Shown: positions 53,601 to 64,000 of the stretch, piece by piece
Position numbering within the stretch: the first letter of the stretch is position 1
Layout: every line of letters starts with the position of its first letter
Origin: Vitrella brassicaformis CCMP3155
Lineage: Eukaryota; Protista; Chromerida
Direction of reading: 5' to 3'
DNA length: 64,000 nucleotides
Assembly (NCBI GenBank): GCA_001179505.1
Contig: CDMY01000325.1
Location: forward strand, 55,893-119,892
Notes under the pieces: model-generated
Told to the model about the DNA's origin: nothing
What the model saw: the letters and a program-made list of their open reading frames with translations, nothing else
Databases searched by the model: none
Position numbers and translations under genes: made by a program

Positions 53601-54475
53601 ACTGTGGCTGGCAGCGTGTCGATTGGACACGAAGATGAGGTGAGGTGGTACGAGCAGATGGACGAGGTGCCCATAGAGTTCCCGCCCACTTACAAGTTCG
53701 ACGAGGGGACGGACCACTATGACACGTCCAAGAAGGAGAGAGTACCTGCGTGGACCGACAGGATACTGTGGAAAAAATGCGACAGGCCCGACCAAATCAT
53801 GTACGTGCGTCTGTGACTGCGGGGAAGAAGAATGCAAATGCACTCTGGTGGCGTTGATGCGCTGCTGTTTGCAGTCCGTGTGCATATGACTCCGTTAAGG
53901 GTGTTCGCCTGTCCGACCATCGGCCCGTGTATGCCCAGTTCCTGGTGGCAGTGGACATCGAGCCGCCACTCACTATCACCCACCACACCAAGAAGAGCCC
54001 CAAGCAGCAGGTCCCCACAACGCCCAAGCGGAAACTACGTGTCCAGGTGGCGACATCGACATCCCTCAGCAATCCCCCTTCCCCCGCCCCATTGCTGGCC
54101 AGCTCGGCCGACAACACGCCCACACCAATGGCTGTCTCCGACAGTGAGGCCCAACACCACGAGGAGGCTCAGGAGAGGTGGGCCGTCCATAGAGAGAGCG
54201 TTACTCAGATGGCCCCTGCGGTTAGCCCGAAGGTCGCAGCGGCAGATGGCCAGGCAGATACAAAAGGGGAGGAGAAGCCTCATGGGCTAGGGGATTCATC
54301 CTTGTCGAAGTCTCCAGTGGCTGTGGAGCGGCCAAAGAGACGGTGTTGGCTGGGCATTTGCTTGTGCAGGGGAGGGAGAAGGGAAAGAGAGAGGGAGGGT
54401 ATGGATCAGAAGAATGAGGTCACAAGAGCGAAAGGGGAATGCTCGAAGAGATCCGCTATGTGTGTCATACAATAA
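50666..54475 (+). CDS. Inositol polyphosphate 5-phosphatase (EEP fold, INPP5E/type IV-like) with long N-terminal extension and a large insert in the catalytic domain
   Basis: [19 protein letters not shown]|[51 protein letters not shown] and [10 protein letters not shown]. Confidence 0.93.
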
Positions 54476-54878
54476 GTGAGGTTAGCGCGTGTACATTGTT
54501 TGTTTTGCACGTATGCGACGTGTCAGACGTCGTGCGTGTCTCTGTGGCCGAACACACATAAAGGGACTTCCTGCCTTGTGCTGGCTGAGCCTCCTCTGCG
54601 CTTTATCCTATCCGGCGATTTGTGCTGTTGAATACGGCATGAGACACGAAGGGACATCGAGGGAAAATTACGTGGTTCACAGCCTGAACTGGTGGATCTG
54701 CCTTCAGTTCATACCCCTGTGCATCCAACGACCTCGTTAGGTACCGAGGGCCGCAAAAAATCCATCACATACCGAAAGCTCGCGTCTCCCCCACCGACCC
54801 CCAGTCTCTCCGCGAAGAGAGGCCAGAAGGAAGACTTGGTCAGCTGCGTTCACCCATCCATCCATCCATCCATCCACC

Positions 54879-56563
54879 ATGGCGGCACCTCCCCCCTATG
54901 GAGGCCCGACTCCGCCGTATTCCGACCACCAGCAACCTACATACCCACAGCTGGGACCGCAGCCACAAATCATCACCGTAAGTCGTGGATGGATTGAAAT
55001 CCTCAATTGAGAGTCTCTCTCCGACTGTCTGTCTGTCTGTCTGTCTGTCTGGCATCCACACATGGACATCACGACATTGCGTGCAGGTGACGACGACCAC
55101 CAAGCCCCAGCCTCAGCCCGTCGGTGGTGGCCCCACGTATCTGCAGATGCAGCAGGGACCGCCGCCGGTCTCTCCTGTCCAATATGGGATGCCCTACGGC
55201 CAGGCGGGCCAGCCGATGGCGGTGCAGGGGCAGCCCATGGCGGTGCAGGGGCAGCCAATGGGGCAGTTCCAGGGGGTGACGTACACAGCGCCGCCTGACA
55301 ACCAGGCGCAGCAGGACCTGACACTGTTGATTGGAGCGTTTGCGGCGTCGACGGTCTGCTGCAATGGGATTTGCTGCTGTATCGGTGAGTGAGTGAGTGA
55401 TGTCAGGCGGGGCATACAGCCACACAGCGGTGGAGTTGTGCATGTGGACTGCGCAGGTGCGATATACGGGTTCTTCTGTGCCAAGTCGAGGGGAGACAAA
55501 CAGATACGCATGGTAGGTGTGGACCTCACCCATCCATCCATCCATTTATCCAGACAGACAGGCTGGATGCGCCCTTGTGCGTCCGTGTGTTTGTTTATGT
55601 GGACGCATGTGTGCAGTGGTCGATGGTCAACGCTGCTGGTGCATGTGTCTGTATCGTCGTGCCCATCATCATCATTGTCGTGCTTCTCACCACGCTCAAG
55701 GGTCTGTCGCCCACCCGCTCACAAACATGCATTCCACACAAAATGGATGCATCCAGGCATGTGTCTCTTGTGGCAATGTTGTGGCTCACGGCAGGTTATG
55801 GCGTGACTACAAAGGAGGGCTACAAGACGTGTGAAAACGCGGGAGGCCGCCAATGGAAGATCCACTACCTTGAGCACAAACACAGCCACGAAAGTAGTAT
55901 CCATCCACCCCATCCATGCATGCATCCATTCACATGGCAGACAGACGGAACAGAGCCATTTATCTGTGGATGTGTTGTCATGTGTGAAGAGGGCACAGTG
56001 GTCCTGATCAATGAGGGCTCGGCGCTGGAACTGGACGAGGAGCCCTTGGACCTCTTGAAGCGTAAGCGAGCGACACGGCAAATGGGGCGAAGGATATCGT
56101 GTATATCCATGAATCGCTATGCGTGTTTTCCATCCCTTACCTTCTCGTGTATTTTTCTTCGTCATCTCAGTGGTGACTGACGAGCGATGGACGGTGGGCG
56201 AGACGGCAAATAATACAATCAAGGACGGAGACAGCCGGTCAGGAATGAGGTTTGTTGCCTTGCAGGCGCTGGCTGTCTCCCCTCCTGGCCAGGGCCGCAC
56301 AGGCAAAGTGACGGCAAGAACAACCGGCCAACTGCAGGACAATAACCCGGGCGCCGATGATGGGTTCACCAACACGGTCTTTCGATGCTTTGACGTCAAG
56401 GGCAAGGACGCCGTGATCGTGTCCATCGGCAGCGCCACGCAATACTCCCTCAAATGGGCGGGAGCGGTATCAATACATAGTAGCAGGATACGCATGCACC
56501 CTGAATGCATTCGTATGCAATGCAATGTCTCTGAGACATGAATTATGTAGGGCCGTGAGGTAG
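54879..56563 (+). CDS. Membrane protein: PPPY motif, Pro/Gln-rich N-terminus, Cys-rich two-segment hydrophobic module (CD225/dispanin-like), C-terminal extra domain
   Basis: MAAPPPY; QPMAVQG repeats; LLIGAFAASTVCCNGICCCIGAIYGFFCAKSRGD...WSMVNAAGACVCIVVPIIIIVVLL. The family assignment is by eye. Confidence 0.6.
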
Positions 56564-56935
56564 CGGGCTTGTTTCTGCGAGACCCAGTGGCAGAGCTCAA
56601 CCAAGTGTCGGACTCAGACTTGCAGGGCATTCGCGCTCAACGGACATACGTACGTACTATCCAGTCAGCCCCATAATCCCCATTTCTCTCTCTGTCTGTC
56701 TTCTGTCTGTCTGCGTATTGGCTGATGGTTGCGTGGCTTTATGCAGCTCGTGTATGAAAACAACATTCCGATTTCAGCTGAAAGGTTTGATCGCTTGATC
56801 GACAAGTCTGACGAGTTTGTCTTCTTGACCGCGTTGGTTGCCGAGGGGACGCGAACAAAGCTCAAGGAGCTGCTCGAACAAGTCGACTGACTGACTGACT
56901 GACACTCCTGCTTGACCCCGAACATGAATATGCAG

Positions 56936-57818
56936 TCACGGGTCCATATGCATGGACAGCTTCGTGGAATGCACTTGTGTGAGAACGGTTCCAGGTCCAT
57001 CTGCATAGCATTGGGTGATGGGGGGTGTGTGGGTCAAACAGCCGATCGAATATGTTACCCCATGCACTCCCCTCAGTCAATTTGTCTCGTCGCATCTCTC
57101 CGTCAGAACACAGGCGCATCTGTCTGCATATACTAGATATATTCGCCACGTGTGTCAGCTCCCCTTGGCACACATACGTCCACACAGACAGAAGGCCAGC
57201 CATACGCACGCATTTCCCACGCTCATGTGTGTTGTGTACTCACTGGAAAAATCCACCGATGTCTCTTCTCATCCGGTCAGTGAGTGTGTCCGTGTGCCGT
57301 CTGCGCAGCAGGGGCGTTCCCTCGTCAGCACCGGTGACCCCCCCCAGAAAGACCCCTGGCTTTAGGGCTCCCACTGGAGGAGGTGCGTCGATACGTGTCA
57401 CAGATGAGTCGAAATGAGATGGGAGCCCTCTGTGCCGGCCGAGCAGCATGACGAAGCACAGCACCAGCTTCGAAAAGGTCGACAAAGAGGCGGAGAGGGC
57501 GAGGTTGGTGTCGCTGATGGAGAGGCCGACGGTGCCATAGGCGCTGATGACCTCAAAGAGGACGGCGAACAGCTGGTTGTGGTGAAGCATTTGGTTGTCG
57601 GCGAGAGTGATGACGAGGACACACATGTAGATAATGGACGTGTCCTTGAGACACAAGGCCATCAGCCGTCGGGCGGGGGTGAGCATTTGGTGGTCCCCCG
57701 CTGCGGCGAGCTCGGCCACACTCACAACCTGCACAGGGGCGTACTCCAGCACCAGGGACCGCCTTTGTGCGTCTTGTCGCAACTTGATCGATGCACTCGT
57801 CCTGAGAGTCAGCTAGAG

Positions 57819-57851
<33 letters not shown>

Positions 57852-59201
57852 GCACACACGCGACACAGAGGGAGACAATCGTCAAATCCTGCTGCACCCG
57901 TGCGCTGTTACAGCGTCACTAACCTCGAATGGGTATACAGCGACGAACATCATAAACACCCACACCACGAGCATCCCCGTGGAGGTCTGGCCAATGTCCA
58001 CAGCGTTGAACCCCGCAGTTCTGGTCGACACGCTCTGAAAAAAACCCACCAGCCACTCGTCGCTCTTGCTGAAACCCGGGAACTTGCCAACGGCATTGGT
58101 CAGCACGAACAGAGCAAATTCTCCGCTCGTGAAGGTCACCCAAGTCGCCAGCAGGAGGGCCGTCTCATAGGAGGGGAACAGGTGTGTGCTGCATTGCCGT
58201 GGGTGGTGCCAAAGGAAGTCGAGGTCTTCCCGGGCCTGTTTGTTGCGCGTGACGCCGCGAAGGGCCCACAGGATGAAACGCAGAGCGAAAGGAATGCCCG
58301 TCTGGAGAGAGAGAGACATGTACACAAATGGATTGTGTCCGTCCATTGTATGATTGATTGAGGCTTTGTTGTCTCACCTGTCCGCCCACAATGAGCCAGC
58401 AGATGACCAAAAGCACACCCCGGTCCTTGGCAAAGAGCACAAGGTTGTTGGACAACAGCGTAAGCCCTGCAACCAGCCCAACAATTCCCTTGATAAACAA
58501 AACAAGACGGGCCGGGCATCCCTTTCCTTCTCCCTCTTGTGTGTGGTCCGTGACCCACCAGCATTGTTGAAGGCCGCCACTGTCGTGAAGCACGCGAAGA
58601 GCAACGGGTCAACCGGCAATGGGTTCCTGCGCAGAGTCGGCTGGGACAGAAAGTAGAGCAGCGTTGCCCCAATCACAAGAGAGCATATCAGATAGCAGAA
58701 GATGATGACTGTCAGCCGTCCGAGAGCCCGGTACTCCCTCAGCTGCTCGGCCGCCTGTTCTTGTGCCTTCATCCTCACGGGCCGCCAGAGGCAGAGCTCT
58801 GAAAGGAACGTCACTTTCTCCACACTGTGCGCTTGGCGGAACCACAAGCGGCGCAGGAGAAGAGGAGGCTGCACATGCAGTGGACACATTCACACGCACA
58901 AAGAGAAGCAGAGAGAGACAAACGACGCTGCATGCACCTGAGAAAGACCTCATACCAGAGCCATGAATGTCTGTCCGCCGGTGAAGAGCAGCAGCATGAT
59001 GCACAGCTGGCTCGCGAGTGTGAATCGGTAGAGGCTGACCACCGCCAGGCCAGTGCCGCTCATGGCCGACACGCACATGAAGAACGAGTCCACCCACGTG
59101 AGGCCGCTGTGCTTGGCCTCTATGTGCAGCAGCAACAGGGAGGCTCCCGCACAGGCCAGGAGGAAGTAGAGGAAGTGGCAACGATAATACGTCACCAGCA
59201 T
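56936..59201 (-). CDS. Trk/HKT (TrkH superfamily) cation transporter
   Basis: Four MPM units with pore loops FMCVSAMSGTGL, FTTVAAFNNAG, FFQSVSTRTAGF and FEVISAYGTVGLS, plus the terminal VMLLGRHRGLP motif. The 3' end is tentative. Confidence 0.93.
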
Positions 59202-59307
59202 GAAGGAAAGGAGTGCATTTGCAATGCCAACCCTTTTGTCGGTCGGGGGAAGAAGGAGCAGAGAGAACTTGAAGATCAAGCTCGCAATTAGAACGACGCG
59301 AGGTTAA

Positions 59308-61253
59308 ATGGCTGTGGCGCGTCGGCAGACCCAGCGACAGAGCGAGCCGGTGGTCATCGGCCATGTGGCTGCACCGCGGGCCCCGGGGGTCGGTGTGGGG
59401 GGCGGCATGGCTGGTGCTAGCATGGCGGCTGCTGCAGTGGAGGACGAGGCAGATGACGATAGCTGGGACGAGAGTGATGACGATATCCAGGCCTCTGTGG
59501 GTCCGCCTCCGTTTGTGCCGGGCCAGCTTCAGAACCAACAGCAGCAGCAGCAGCCCAACGGCCTGGTGGGCGCGTCGTCCCCTCTAATGCCCAGTGGTGA
59601 GCCAGCCAGATGGATCTTAGTGGGCGCGAGATAGACACACATCCGTGCACGGCTTGTTGTTGCTGATGACTGCAGGCAGTCGTCCCCATCCGCCCACCCT
59701 GGGTCTGGGCTCGCCTGACCACGACATGGAACAGACAGACGACAGCACAGGCGGCCACAGCATGCACCCACACCACCCACAGCATCAGCACCAGCAGAGC
59801 CTGGCCACACCCGCGCCGCCCTCAGCCAACAGCCACAACAACAGCAGCAATGTGCCCGACGTGCCCATCAAGCAGGAGGAGATGGAGGAGGCTCCAGCTT
59901 CCCCCATCAGCAAAAACGGCGCGGGCATCTTCAGCGGCGGGCTGCCGCACCGGTTTGGGTGGCCACCCTTCATGCCGCCATTCCCCATTGCGTCCGTCGC
60001 CATGGGCATGGACATGGCCATCGGCTTGGGTGCCGGGGGGCGTGGGAGGGGCGCTGGCATCGCTCCTGAGGGTGGTGGGTGCGCCAAGCCCAAAAGCGTC
60101 GGGAGGGGCGTTTGGTTGCCGCCGCTGCCCCCGTTCATGACGAAGGGCACTGCGACGAAGGGCACTGCGATGAAGGGCACGGTCGATGACGGGATGGGAC
60201 CTTGCCAGGTGGGAGGGACGGGGGGCGGCATAGGCGGCATGGGCATGGGCATGGGGAGGGGCGGACACACGGGCGGTTATGGGCCCCGTCGCGGCAAGGA
60301 TAGCGAGCAAGACATCGATGAGGAACCGCTGGGTAAGCGGAAGGGGTACACACGTACACATCCACTTATGTGCATTGTGTCGGCTTGCAGGGGAGGTGGA
60401 GGAGACCAAGCGCGCAACCCAGCTACTCAAGACCACACAGATCGACGACGAACTCTGCCTCCAGTACGGTGAGTGACAGACACACCACACGGACTGATGT
60501 CCTCCGACTACCCATTCATCCATTCATCCATTCATCCATCCATTCTCCTTCTGTCCATCCATGTGCACAGCTTGCCACCCAGACGAGCAGCTGTCGAATG
60601 AGGACCTGACGAACAACGCCCGCTCCCTGCTGCAGCGGCTCCGCAGCCACGGTGTGGGCGCTGGCGGCATGGGCCCCAAGGGCGGGCTGGGCATCAAGTG
60701 GGACGGAAAGTACCGCCGATTCCGTGTGGAGCTCGAGTACAAGACGCAGCGGTATGAGGGCGGCTCCCAGATGGTGTCCAAGCAGACCTTCGCCGGGCTC
60801 GTCGACGCCCTCGGCAGGGCCGTCCGCCGCCGCAACGGCATCAGCCGGCAGCTGGGGCTGCCCCAGCTGCCGTTCAAGGGGCTCCTGCAGTCGATATGGG
60901 GCGACGAGATCGACAACTTCTACCGCATGGATACCAACGGAGATGACGACGGGGATGGGGGCGGGGGTGCGCCAAAGGTGAGGGTGACGGTCAAGGGAGG
61001 GGGGTTGCCCAAGCCCAAGGCGAAGCCCATGCGGTGCCCGCATATCAACGATGCGGGCGGCGGGAAGGCAGCCCCAGCTTTGGTGCAGTGTTCGCGTCGG
61101 CAGACCCAGTGGCAGAGCGAGCCGGTGGTCATCGGCCATGTGGCAGCACCGTGTGCCGCGGGGGTCGGTGTGGAGGGCGGCATGGCTGGTGCTAGCATGG
61201 CGGCTGCTGCAGTGGAGGACGAGGCAGATGACGATAGCTGGGACGAGCAGTGA
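59308..61253 (+). CDS. Low-complexity protein with a divergent AP2-like segment; N- and C-termini are a direct repeat
   Basis: Four in-phase exons. GLGIKWDGKYRRFRVELEY...KQTFAGLVDALGRAVRRRN at about 60684-60837 resembles the AP2 pattern. The rest is Gly/Pro/Gln/Asp-rich. Confidence 0.65.
59318..59472 (+). repeat. 155-bp direct repeat, copy 1
   Basis: About 7 mismatches versus 61093-61247 by manual count. Confidence 0.95.
61093..61247 (+). repeat. 155-bp direct repeat, copy 2
   Basis: Matches 59318-59472. Just beyond it, one extra C turns GAG AGT GAT into GAG CAG TGA (stop). Confidence 0.95.
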
Positions 61254-61494
61254 TGGCGACAGACAGACAGACAGACAGGGTGGGTGGCTGGCATTTCGAA
61301 CACGAGCTCTTAGGCTCGCGGGTCAGGCACGAGACAGGCACGCTCTCAGACACACAGGTCCGTCCTCCATAAATCACAAATGTCAGTGTGCACATGGATC
61401 AGAATGGATCAGAATGGATACGCCCGTACACATGATGTGATGGATCTGCCTGTCCTCCGTCTCCCTGGATGTCTCTGTCTGCCCGTCTGCCTGT

Positions 61495-63601
61495 TCATGG
61501 GACGTCGCCGCCTGCGGTGCTTGATGACGATCTGCTGAACCATATCCAGGCGATGACGCCCACAAAGATCAGCTGATAGATGTTGAAGCCGCCGCCCTTG
61601 GGCTGCTGCTGTTGTTGCTGGTGCTGAGATAAGAGAGCCAAAACATACGCAACACAAATATGGCCTGGGTCATGAGGGTGTGAAGAGAGGATGTTCGGTG
61701 TCACTGACCGTCTGCACGAGTATTTCATTGAGTCGTTGCCTCTGGTCGTCGCTGAGCTCGTTGACAAACTCACGAAACATATTACCCTTGCCCTCGCCCC
61801 CTGCAGGTGCCGCCTTAGAACTGTCCCCACCTGAACAGACACACCACATCACGCACATATCACGCCCACCAGTCCATTCATCCATCCATCCATCCATCCC
61901 CCCTCTCGCTGACTCACCGGCATTGGTTGCGTCGGTGGGTGTCTGTGCGTCCTCTCCCCCGATGGACGTCGACTGCGTTCTGCCGCCCTCCTGCAGTGAC
62001 CTCACCGCCGCTGACTGCATCCCCCCGGCCCGCTCGGCCGCTATCTTGCGAGCCGCCGTTGACGTCAGCGGACCAGACATCCCCAGGCCACCTGGTTGAT
62101 GATCGAGCCACAAGGGGGTTCCAATGTTTGTGTGCTTTTCCCCTTCGTGTAAGTTGACCAGACCTGCGGGTGCGTTCTGCTGCAATTCAGCGGTTTTAAC
62201 GACGATGGCCTGGTTGGTGGTGAGAATGCCCTTGAGGAGGTACTGCAGGACGGCGTCCTGGTCGACATAGATGGACGACGACACGATGATCGACAGACAC
62301 AGAATGGACGGGAACAGCTGACGCAACAGCTGCAGACATCCATCCATCCATCCATCCATGCCACACAAAAGCAAAGCACACACAGGCGCGTTGATGCGAA
62401 CCCTTCTTGTCAGAGTGCTGGGATGGCACGCACGCACCAGTATTTTCTCGAATGGCAGTAGTTGGCTCATGGTAGGGATGAAGTCGAGCACGGCGTCGCC
62501 CTCGACGTACCGCATGTGCAGCTCCAGACAGAACGATCCCACCAGATACACTATGATGATCTGACACACACACAAACACACACACACACACACGCAATCA
62601 CATACACGTGTGCCTTGACCGCCCTCTCCTTGGGTGTGGCTGGAGGACGTACGACGTACCTGCCTAGCGAAGTGGAACGGTTTTGCGAATGTGAGGACGT
62701 ATCCGAGTATGAAGCAGAGGAGGTAGTTGACCAGCGACAGCATCACAACCGTCATGCCCGTCGCATCCTCGACCTGACCTGCACACACCATGCACCCACA
62801 CACGCCGAGAGATGAACCCATGTTCCTTCGCTATCCTGTCTTGCTGTCCGCTTCCTGACCGTCATTGTGGTCTCCAAATCTGTGGTAGCTGCTTCGCTGG
62901 CTCTCGTTCATCAGAATGTCGTGAGCCTGCACAAACCACGCCAAGCACACCAGCCACACATATCTGCGCGTGGCCGCACCATTCGCCATCGTCTTGCCCG
63001 CCCAACGTACCCTCTTGAGCCGATAGAAGGTGTCCTCAGCATCGGGATCCGGATTCTTGTCCTGCATGGACGCACGGGCACCGATACCAGACAGACACGC
63101 GAACCGTCATTGCCAGGCAAAAGCCGCGTTCGTGTGTGTTGGCATGTGTGTTACCTACCGGGTGGTATTTGAGCGACGCCTTGCGATAGGCCGCGTGGAT
63201 GTCGTTGCGGTCAGATGTGGGCGACGCCTCGAACCACTCGTAAAAGTTCTTCTCGCGATACGAATACTGAAGGCACGTACGCACAGGCACACAAACGTCC
63301 AGATCTCTCAGATGCGCGGCATCCTCTGACCATGGCTGCGTCCTGGCGGCTTACCTCGACTAGAAAGAAGGCGATGACGACGATGAATGACGCGTACCAG
63401 CCTGAACACAAACACAGACAGACAGACAGACGAGGTGGATCTGCTGTCTGTTTCCCCAGATCTGTTTCCATCCAGGCTACGTGAGCGCGTGTGCACATCT
63501 CACGCACATATTCTCTTCCATTTGGGGTTCCTCCTCGTCACGAGAAGGCCGGTGAGAGGCGCGCCGACAAAAGAATGAATCAACACTCTGTCCAGAAGCA
63601 T
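61495..63601 (-). CDS. DnaJ (J-domain) multi-pass membrane protein
   Basis: MLLDRVLIHSFVGAP...|CWYASFIVVIAFFLVE|...NFYEWFEA...IHAAYRKASLKYHP|DKNPD (HPD split by an intron)...AHDILMNESQRSSYHRFGD, then several hydrophobic helices and a C-terminal TM. Confidence 0.9.
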
Positions 63602-63707
63602 GGCCTTCGCACGACGCACTCCAATTACGGAGAAGCTTCTGGAACTACAGGAATCTGAAAGCCATCCAAGCTCGCACGATGCAGGTGTCAGAAGTGCAAG
63701 TCGGTCC

Positions 63708-63729
63708 AGGGTTTAGGGTCTAGGGTTCA
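63708..63729 (+). promoter_or_regulatory. Telomere-like box agggtttagggtctagggttca
   Basis: Near-identical to agggtttggagggtctagggttca at 42306-42329; both lie next to AAGCTCGCA. Confidence 0.5.
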
Positions 63730-63970
63730 TGGACCGACGATCCACTGATCTGTGAGACAGGACGGCTGTTGAGTCTGTCCGTTCCATGAGACAGGCCATG
63801 GCGGACAGGACGTCAGACAGGATGGACTGACGCATACTACATGTCCTACGTGGACTCTCCACAAAATCCACAGACCTTACGTTGCATTGACTTAATCCTT
63901 TATCCGGGACTGACCGCCCGGCAGATCCTCTCTTCACCATTCTCCCCGACTCTCTCCCCCCTATTCTGAC

Positions 63971-64000
63971 ATGGGCGCAGCAATCTGGTTTGTCTTTTCC
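63971..64000 (+). CDS. Possible start of the next gene (MGAAIWFVFS...), truncated by the window edge
   Basis: ATG after a pyrimidine-rich leader, head-to-head with the DnaJ gene. Only 10 codons are visible. Confidence 0.25.
   Translation, partial: MGAAIWFVFS

Noticed and set aside
63708-63729. Chromosome end or telomere
   Set aside because: Only three degenerate units, with ordinary sequence on both sides; treated as an interstitial motif.

Overview
64 kb of GC-rich, intron-dense eukaryotic nuclear DNA. Introns are short (about 50-150 nt), GT-AG, and full of (GACA)n, (GGAT)n, (CA)n and (GAGT)n microsatellites. With an ApiAP2 gene present, this points to a chromerid alveolate such as Vitrella brassicaformis (inference, no database check). 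I spliced exons by eye, so gene ends are approximate. About 18 intact or near-intact genes: EF-hand membrane protein, ankyrin-AGC kinase, secreted methyltransferase-like protein with an in-frame TAA, ApiAP2, secreted GNAT-like protein, UTP7/WDR46, UBE2K, small Tim, RMD1/DUF155, inositol 5-phosphatase, CD225-like membrane protein, Trk/HKT transporter, a divergent AP2-like protein, a DnaJ membrane protein and several hypotheticals. There is also a decayed ankyrin-TRP channel and two 300-N gaps. Most notable: (1) the 9-mer AAGCTCGCA recurs in the short spacers upstream of start codons, mostly in head-to-head gene pairs, alongside a shared 34-nt element and telomere-like boxes; (2) a 7.6-kb mosaic (14.2-21.85 kb) of decayed gene pieces (Cdc48, kinase, SH3, RING), in which foreign exons sit inside one kinase intron and three pieces end in the same non-coding module; (3) an AP2-like gene whose first and last about 50 codons are a 155-bp direct repeat. 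No rRNA, tRNA, CRISPR array, transposase or reverse transcriptase was recognised.
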